A stretch of DNA of 64,000 nt from Dictyostelium discoideum (taxonomy: Eukaryota): the NCBI GenBank assembly GCA_000004695.1, contig CM000151.3, forward strand, positions 3,968,001-4,032,000, in the 5' to 3' direction. The position numbers and the translations under genes are program-made. Under the pieces are notes generated by a model, which saw only the letters and a list, made by a program, of their open reading frames with translations, searched no databases and was not told the origin of the DNA. Positions 56,908 to 64,000 of this stretch are shown one piece after another (within the stretch, counting starts at the first letter, position 1; every line of letters begins with the position of its first letter).

Positions 56908-59900
56908 ATGTGGCAAAAACCATCTTTAACAAAATCAATGATGAATGAAGTTTCTTCAAATTCACCAAAATCACCTACATTAACATCATCACCATCAACA
57001 CAATCATTTGCAAATAGAGTATTACCGGGTAGAAATTTAGATGGTGGTGGTGGTGGTAGTAATAGATTAATATTTGGAGGTAGTGGTGGTGGTAGTGGTG
57101 GTGGAAGTTTACCGAGTAGTCCAGTAAGTTCACCAGTGAATCCATTTAATTTAAATGGAGGTGGAGGTGGCAAATCGAGTAGAAGAAGAGGTGTAACAGT
57201 TGCAGCAGGTTCAGAACAAGTTGAAACTAGAAGAAAAATATTATTAGGTAACTCTAGACCATTTAGACGTCGTGCTCGTAGTATGGAAATTTTAAATTCT
57301 TGGGATTTTATACCATATCAAAAAAAACCATCAGATGATGAACAAGGCCAAGTTGATCAATATATTCAAGGAGAGAATGATGAAGATTTAACATCTTATG
57401 AATCATATATTACAAACAATAATACTACTACCACTACAAATACAAATAATAGTAATAATAATAATAGTAATAATGATGGTAGTGGTAGTGGAAGTGGTGC
57501 TGGAGGTAGTTTCATTGGTACCACTACATCGGCAAAAACTACATCAACTACTAGCACATCAGCAGCAACAACTACAACAACTACAACCACATCATCATCA
57601 TCATCATCACCATCATCTTCATCACCATCATCAACATCACCAACAATAGCTTCTAATAATGATAATAATAATAAAATTGAACCGCCACAACCATCAAAGA
57701 TTGCAAATAGTGTGCCACCATTAACTTTATCACAATCACAAACTCAACAACAGCAGCAGCAAAAGGTTAAACCACCACCGCCATCACCAAGATTTTCAAC
57801 AAACAGTAGTGGCAGCCAAAGTCCACCAGTACCACCAAGATCAAGTAAATCATTAGGATTATCAAATGATTTCTCAATTAGTTTATCCTCATCAATGTCA
57901 TCGAACTCATTGTTAATCTCTGGTTCAATTAATACATTACCAACATCGTCATCATCATCATCATCAGTAGGAGGGTCAGGAGCATCGGCAGCATCAGCAT
58001 CCATTTCATCATCATCATCATTATCATCATCATCATTATCTGTTTCAAAATTAATTTATGAAAATAATGAAGAAAATAAATTTGTAGTAGTATCAGGTCC
58101 AAAAGATCAACTTGTAGAATATTTATGTAATAAAAATAAATTAGGTAATTATCTTTATATTATTATAATAATTAATAATTAATAATTAATAATTAATAAT
58201 TAATAATTAATAATTAATAATATTAACTATTTATTTCATTTTTTATTTTTTTAAAAAAAATAGATTTCTCATTTGTAAATAGTTTTATATTATCATTTCG
58301 ATATTTTATTGAACCAGAAGAATTATTTAATCATTTAATGGTAAAATATGAAACAAAGGTTCAAACAACTTCATCAATTAAAGTTTCAAAACAATTTGAA
58401 GAAATTCAAGATAGAATTAGACAAAAGTAAGTTTTTTTAAAAAAAAAACCTGATTTATATATATATATATATTAATTCTTTTTTATTTTATTATTATTAT
58501 TTTTTTTTATAAAAAAAAAAAAGTATTTTAATTATTATATCAGTTTGGGTAGATTGTAATTATAGTGATTTTGAAGATAATTTAAGTTTACATAAGAGAT
58601 TATTTAAATTAGTTCAAGATACACCACATGCTGTATTTTTAAGAGATTCAATTGATAGACAAAAAGTATCGAAAATTCCAATTTTAGATTTATATGAAAA
58701 ATTAAAAGATGAATTATTATTATCATTATCACCAAGAGGTAGTTTAAGTGGTAGTGGTGGTATTAGCAATAATAATAATGGTAGTGATTTAAAAAATAGT
58801 AATAATGGAAATAATAGTAGTAATAATAATAATAGTAGTAGTAACAGTAGTAGTAGTAGTAGTAGTAGTGATATAAAAAATATAAAAAATTCATTCTTTT
58901 CTTTAACAACAATGATGGATTGGTTAATGAATCATTTATCAATTGGTTATGCAACGGCTGATTCAATATTAAAGAAATTATTTAAATTAAAAGTAATTGG
59001 TAGTTTAGGAAGTGGTGGTGGTTTTACAAACATTTCTTCATCACATACTAATTCAAATAGTAAATCTTCAAAAGAAGAATTATACTTTTTTGTAAATGTA
59101 TTGTATTTTTTATTTTTAAAAAAAAAATTTAAAAATTTATATATATATATATATATATTTATTAATATGTTATATTTTATTTTATTTTATTTTAAAATAG
59201 ACATCAACAAAATCAATAATTAATAAAGAAATTTATTCAAGATCATTTATGGATTATAGTCCACAAGATATTGCAAAACAATTAACATTGATTGAATTTA
59301 AATTATTTCAAAGTGTGAAAATGAAAGAACTTTATCATAAGTCATGGACGATTAGTAAGAGTAAGTTTGAGAATTCACCAAATATAATGTCATTGATAAC
59401 AATGTCGAATAAGATTGCCAATTGGGTAGCAACAGAGGTGGTGACAACACCACATCCAAAGAAACGTGTTGAAGTTTTGAAAAGATTTATATCGGTTGCA
59501 GAACATTGTAAAAAGATAAACAATTTCAATACACTAATGGAGGTGATAAGTGGTCTTTCCAATAGCGCAGTATCACGTTTAAAAGAGACTTGGAAATCGT
59601 TGCCTACCAGATACGTAAATTCGTTCAATTCACTTCAAAACTTTCTAAAAACTGACGAAAATTGGAAATCTTACAGACAGACTTTAAAAACCAAAGAAAC
59701 ACCATGTCTACCTTATTTAGGCCTATTCCTACAAGATATCAATTTCATTGAAGATGGTAATTCAAACCTTTCTTCTGAAAATGATTGGGTAAACTTTAAG
59801 AAAATGAATTTATTAACTTCAGTTTTCACTGAAATTCAATACTTTCAAAGACATCCTTATTTTAGTTTTAGTACTCATCAAAATATTCAAACTTATTTCG

Positions 59901-60022
59901 AAAAGGATATAGTTATATTACCTGAAAAAGAACTTTATGCATTTTCAAAATTTATTGAATCACCTTCAAATCCATTATTTAGATTATCAAAATCAAAAAA
60001 TCAATCAATATTTAATATTTAA
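56908..60022 (+). CDS. Ras guanine-nucleotide exchange factor (RasGEF N-terminal/REM domain plus CDC25-homology catalytic domain) with an S/G/T-rich N-terminal half. Four exons at about 56908..58144, 58264..58426, 58524..59091 and 59201..60022.
   Basis: Exons 2-3 give the REM-like 'DFSFVNSFILSFRYFIEPEELFNHLMVKYE...VLIIISVWVDCNYSDFEDNLSLHKRLFKLVQD'. Exon 4 gives 'DIAKQLTLIEFKLFQSVKMKELYHKSW...NIMSLITMSNKIANWVATEVVTTPHPKKRVEVLKRFISVAEHCKKINNFNTLMEVISGLSNSAVSRLKETWKSLP...PCLPYLGLFLQDINFIEDGN' (canonical CDC25 SCR motifs). The donors are GTAATT, GTAAGT and GTAAAT, and the phases are consistent. Confidence 0.85.
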
Positions 60023-60165
60023 AAAATAAAATAAAATAAAATAAAATAAATTAAATAAATAAATAAATTAATAATAATATATTTATTTATATATATATAC
60101 ATATATAAATATTTTTTTTTCTCAATTATCCATTGCCGCCCTACCCATTATCTGTTTTTTTTTTT

Positions 60166-60203
<38 letters not shown>

Positions 60204-61039
60204 AACAAATGGTAATTTTAAAAACAAAATTAATTCTGGTGTGATACACTTCAATTATGTTTTTAATTTAAAAAATCTCTTATCTCTTTTTTATTTTTTT
60301 ATTTTTTTATTTTTTTTTTATTTTTTTTTATTTATTTTTACTTATTTTATTTATTAGTTTATGTTGAATCAAAAAGAGGGGTCAACTATATTTTATTAGT
60401 AATATTATGATAATTTCAATTATCTTTAGTTGAAAAAATTAATTTTTCCTTTTGTTTTAAAACATCTATATTATGATAGGTGTAATAAATTGAAGAAATG
60501 AGTGAGTGAGTGAGTGGTTGATTACTAAATTGTTTGTTATTGTTGTTGTCGTCTTCTATGGAATAAGCTACGAAATGCTTTGAACATTGGTATTATATTG
60601 CAGTTTTTGGTGATAATAACAATTAAAATATTGAGTGAACTTATAAAATAAAGAAATGAGTAATAGTATCATCGTATAATTTGGTTGATCTAGTTTTCGA
60701 ACACTATCCATTTTTTTGAATTAAGTTAAATCTCTTTAATAATTCCTTAACTTTTTATAAGTTAAGTAAGTTATATATTAGGAATATCCTAATAATAAAA
60801 AATAAATAATAAAAAATTATTTATTAAAATTGATAAAATTATTGTCCAATTTTATCACAATAATCTTATTATTTTCAAATATTAAAATTATAATAATGAA
60901 AATATCTTTTTTTTTTTTTTTTTTTTTTTTCTGAAAATTTTCTTTTTTTTTTTTTTTTTTTTTTTAATCACCATATTTTTTTTATTTTTTATTGTTATTA
61001 TTTTTTTTATAATTTTTTACATTTTATAATAATGTTAAA

Positions 61040-62737
61040 ATGGAATTAAATTCAAAATTATTTTTTAAATTATGGAGAAATAAAGTTATTAGATTACGTA
61101 TATTTTATCATTTAAATATATTTTATAGTCATATATTTTCAAGAGAGTTTTCAATTCATGAAATTAGATTATATAAATTTAAAGAGTATTTACAAAATGT
61201 AATATTAACAGATCAAGAATTTTATAAATGTAAAATTAATTTACCATTAAATGTTGAAAAGTTAGCATTTAAAAATTTTAATCAAGAGATTGGTTCAGGT
61301 TGGTTAGATGGTAATGAAAAATTAACTCATTTAGATCTTGGTAAAAGTTACAATCATCCTTTGAAAATTGGTGATATTCCAAATGGAATTACAAATTTAA
61401 CACTAAGTTATAATTTCGATTTCCAAATTCAACCATTTGCAATACCATCAAGTGTAACATCCATTACATTTGGTAATCGTTGGAATCAACAATTAATTAA
61501 AGATAGTTTACCAAAATCTTTAAAATCTTTAAAATTTGGTTCTTGTTTTAATAATAAAGGTAATCCAATTGATTTTTCAATATTTCCAAAATCAATTGAA
61601 TCTATTATTTTTGGTAAAGATTTTCAACAATTAATTGAACCAAATTCATTTGAAACTTTTTTACCAAATTTAGTAAAATTAGAATTTAATTCAGAATATA
61701 AAAAAAAATTAAAATTAAATTCAATTCCAAAAACTGTAAAAGAATTATTCTTAGGTTATAATAATAATTTTAATAATAATAATAATAATAATGATGAATC
61801 AATATTTAAATGTATACCAAATAGTGTTACAAAATTAACATTGGGTGATTATTTAAGTAATCCAATTGAAGCATATGATTTACCAGATTCAATTACAGAT
61901 TTATCATTGGGTTTAAATAATTCAATTAATGTTGGATCAATACCAAACTCAGTGAAATCATTGGAATTCTTTAGTTATAATAGGTCAACACCAGATGGTA
62001 CATTACCAAATTCATTGGTTAAACTTAAATTTAGTCAAGATTTTAATCAAGAATTATCATATGGATTATTTAAAAATTGTTATGAAAGTTTAACAAGTTT
62101 AGATTTAGGTTACCTTTTCAAACGTTTTAAATCTGGTGTTTTACCAAAGAATTTAAAAGAATTAAAATTTAATCGTCTTTTTAATCCAGATTATTTAGAC
62201 CCAAATTCAATACCAGATTCAGTTGAAACTTTACAAATTATGCCAAATTTTAAATTAAATCAAAATAATAATAATAATATACCAAAATCTTTAAAAAATT
62301 TAATTTTAATTAATTTTAATTGTGTAATTCCAAAAGATTATTTTAAAAATTCAAATGTTTTATGGAATCAATTAAAATCATTAGACCTTAGTGAATCATC
62401 ATTCAATTCGGTCATTCATGAAGGTTGTTTACCTTTAAATTTAGAAATTTTAAAATTTAGTTCAGAATTTAATCAAAATTTAACATTGGAAATGTTACCA
62501 CCAAATCTTAAAACTCTTCAATTAGGTTCAAATTTTAATAAAATAATTAATAGAGATAATATGCCTGAATCATTAACAACTCTATGGGTTTTAGGTTGTC
62601 CAAAATTAACCCATGATCAATTACCAATTAATTTAATTTCAATTTTCACTTATAATACTAATAAAGAATTTTTAAATTCTTTAGATTATGATTATTTTTG
62701 GTATTTTTTAAAAATTATAAAAAAATATTATTGGTAA
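61040..62737 (+). CDS. FNIP-repeat protein (Dictyostelium-type FNIP/'FNxxLxxxxLPxSLxxLxFGxxFNQ' leucine-rich-like repeats).
   Basis: The 565-aa ORF contains about 12 tandem ~22-residue units of the form 'SLPKSLKSLKFGSCFNNKG', 'LPNSLVKLKFSQDFNQELSYG', 'LPKNLKELKFNRLFNPDYLD' and 'IPKSLKNLILINFNCVIPKDYF'. Confidence 0.75.
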   Translation: MELNSKLFFKLWRNKVIRLRIFYHLNIFYSHIFSREFSIHEIRLYKFKEYLQNVILTDQEFYKCKINLPLNVEKLAFKNFNQEIGSGWLDGNEKLTHLDLGKSYNHPLKIGDIPNGITNLTLSYNFDFQIQPFAIPSSVTSITFGNRWNQQLIKDSLPKSLKSLKFGSCFNNKGNPIDFSIFPKSIESIIFGKDFQQLIEPNSFETFLPNLVKLEFNSEYKKKLKLNSIPKTVKELFLGYNNNFNNNNNNNDESIFKCIPNSVTKLTLGDYLSNPIEAYDLPDSITDLSLGLNNSINVGSIPNSVKSLEFFSYNRSTPDGTLPNSLVKLKFSQDFNQELSYGLFKNCYESLTSLDLGYLFKRFKSGVLPKNLKELKFNRLFNPDYLDPNSIPDSVETLQIMPNFKLNQNNNNNIPKSLKNLILINFNCVIPKDYFKNSNVLWNQLKSLDLSESSFNSVIHEGCLPLNLEILKFSSEFNQNLTLEMLPPNLKTLQLGSNFNKIINRDNMPESLTTLWVLGCPKLTHDQLPINLISIFTYNTNKEFLNSLDYDYFWYFLKIIKKYYW

Positions 62738-62868
62738 AAAAAAAAAAATAATAAAAAAATAAAAAAAAGAAAATTACACAACCAACGGATTTGATAAAAA
62801 AAATGATAAAAAAAAAAAAAAAGATATTTTTTTTTTCGATTATTTTGATTTTAATTTTATTTTTATTT

Positions 62869-62901
62869 TTATTATTTTTTTTTTTTTTTTTTGATTGCCA
62901 C

Positions 62902-62976
<75 letters not shown>
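62869..62976. repeat. Extreme oligo(dT) tract: a T run of about 24 nt, then 'GATTGCCACCCC', then an uninterrupted T run of about 72 nt. It lies in the intergenic region upstream of the gene starting at 63010.
   Basis: Read directly. It is the longest homopolymer in the window. The embedded 'GCCACCCC' resembles the C-rich promoter motifs seen elsewhere in the window. Confidence 0.85.
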
Positions 62977-62981
<5 letters not shown>

Positions 62982-63009
62982 CAAAAAAATAAAAAGGAAA
63001 ATAAAAAGA

Positions 63010-64000
63010 ATGAAAAATATTGAATATGAATTTAATAATAATGAAAGATTATTTTGGAAAGTTTTTAAAGATAAATTTTTATTTAATTATATATTTAATC
63101 AAATGATTACAACAGAAATAATTTATAAAGATGAAAAGAAATATTATGTTGGTAATAGAATTCAATGGAAATATATAAAATCAATTGAATGGATGATTGC
63201 AAATAATCAAATAACATTATTTAAAGATAAATTAAAATCTAATCAATATATAATTGTTGATTATTTCAGTTTAGAAATATTTATTAAAGAATGTAAAGAT
63301 ATTGAATTAATGAAATTATTAATAGATAAAAGAGGTGACGATTTACCAATTGAAAGTTTAGTTAGTTTATCATTAAATCTTGGTAATATTGTAGCATGTT
63401 CAGCTTTTATTGATTTAAATTTACCATTTGCTCGTTCCTCATTTACAAGTGCGATTTCAATTGGTAATCTTCAAATTTTTAAAAAATTATTAACAAAATT
63501 ATCACCTCAAGATTTTGATAATCCATCAAAGTATCCAAAACATGAAATTTTTCAATTAATTGATTCAAATAATGAAATTATGGAATTTATTTTACTTGAT
63601 GAAAATCTTTATTCAAAAAACCACCAACATGATAATGATAAAACACAATTAGTATCAATTCAAAATTATTTTTTATTTAAAAAAGAAATTTCAAAAAAAT
63701 TATTAAAATTAAATTTAGTAAATAAAAAAATGAATAATGAAGAAAATAATAATAATATTAACAGTAATAATGATAATAATAATAATAATAATAATAATGA
63801 TTTATCAATTCATCATTTAATATTAAGAATTATAAAAAATGAACCATTAGAAATTGAACAAGATGAATTATTATTTTTAATTGAATCTTATTATTTAGTA
63901 TGTTTAAATTTACAAGAAATACCAATACAGATTTTAGATAGAATTGAAAAAATTAAATTATTAGATACCTCTAGAGATAATGAACTTACAAAACGTTATC
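63010..64000 (+). CDS. Hypothetical protein, 3'-partial (the frame runs off the window end). No family recognised.
   Basis: ATG at about 63010 ('MKNIEYEFNNNERLFWKVFKDKFLFNYIFNQMITTEIIYKDEKKYYVGNRIQWKYIKSIEWMIANN...'). The frame appears open with typical codon usage to nt 64000. It is not in the ORF track, presumably because no stop is reached. Confidence 0.4.
   Translation, partial: MKNIEYEFNNNERLFWKVFKDKFLFNYIFNQMITTEIIYKDEKKYYVGNRIQWKYIKSIEWMIANNQITLFKDKLKSNQYIIVDYFSLEIFIKECKDIELMKLLIDKRGDDLPIESLVSLSLNLGNIVACSAFIDLNLPFARSSFTSAISIGNLQIFKKLLTKLSPQDFDNPSKYPKHEIFQLIDSNNEIMEFILLDENLYSKNHQHDNDKTQLVSIQNYFLFKKEISKKLLKLNLVNKKMNNEENNNNINSNNDNNNNNNNNDLSIHHLILRIIKNEPLEIEQDELLFLIESYYLVCLNLQEIPIQILDRIEKIKLLDTSRDNELTKRY

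Noticed and set aside
60680-60720. 'gttttcgaacactatcc' considered as a tRNA T-arm (GGTTCGAAnCC-like)
   Set aside because: It lacks the GG of the T-stem and has no acceptor-stem pairing and no A-box/B-box spacing. It is not a tRNA.

Overview
The window is an AT-rich (~78-80% A+T) eukaryotic nuclear region with the hallmarks of Dictyostelium discoideum (social amoeba). Coding sequence sits in islands of moderate GC content within >85% AT intergenic DNA. Introns are short (about 80-450 nt) and run GTAAGT/GTATGT/GTAAAT...(T-rich)AG. Proteins are interrupted by poly-N/poly-Q/(DN)n tracts encoded by AAT/CAA microsatellites, and intergenic DNA contains oligo(dA)/(dT) runs of up to ~70 nt. No prokaryotic-type features (operons, CRISPR arrays, defence islands, RBS/terminators) are present or expected, so the suggested 'undescribed system' of the phage-defence or secondary-metabolite kind does not apply. 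I found about 24 protein-coding genes on both strands, most of them multi-exon. Those I recognise with reasonable confidence are: the adenylyl cyclase G architecture (CHASE sensor, single TM, class III cyclase; acgA-like); dynein light chain LC8; EMC5/membrane-magnesium-transporter; ERH; HAT1; bacterial-type (mitochondrial) TrpRS; a discoidin-family lectin (F5/8-C plus H-type lectin); a CDC25-type RasGEF; a FNIP-repeat protein; a RING-H2 plus ZZ zinc-finger protein; a Kelch protein; a C2-domain protein; a CDGSH iron-sulfur protein; an XRN-family nuclease-like gene; a pseudokinase-like gene; an N-acetylglutamate-synthase-like gene; and a VID27-like gene. The most unusual gene is a giant (~3400 aa) ORF related to soluble adenylyl cyclase (sAC/ADCY10): two cyclase-homology domains in which the catalytic residues look replaced, then a STAND P-loop NTPase and a TPR-like region. 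It lies about 35 kb from acgA. Other items worth a second look are two apparent reading-frame discontinuities (the Kelch gene at an A5/T5 run; the XRN-like gene), GC-rich islands inside introns, recurring C/CA-rich promoter elements, and very long perfect microsatellites inside coding sequence. The ORF track uses alternative starts (TTG), so listed ORF starts are not necessarily the true N-termini. All splice coordinates were derived by eye, are accurate to a few nucleotides at best, and need RNA-seq/cDNA confirmation.
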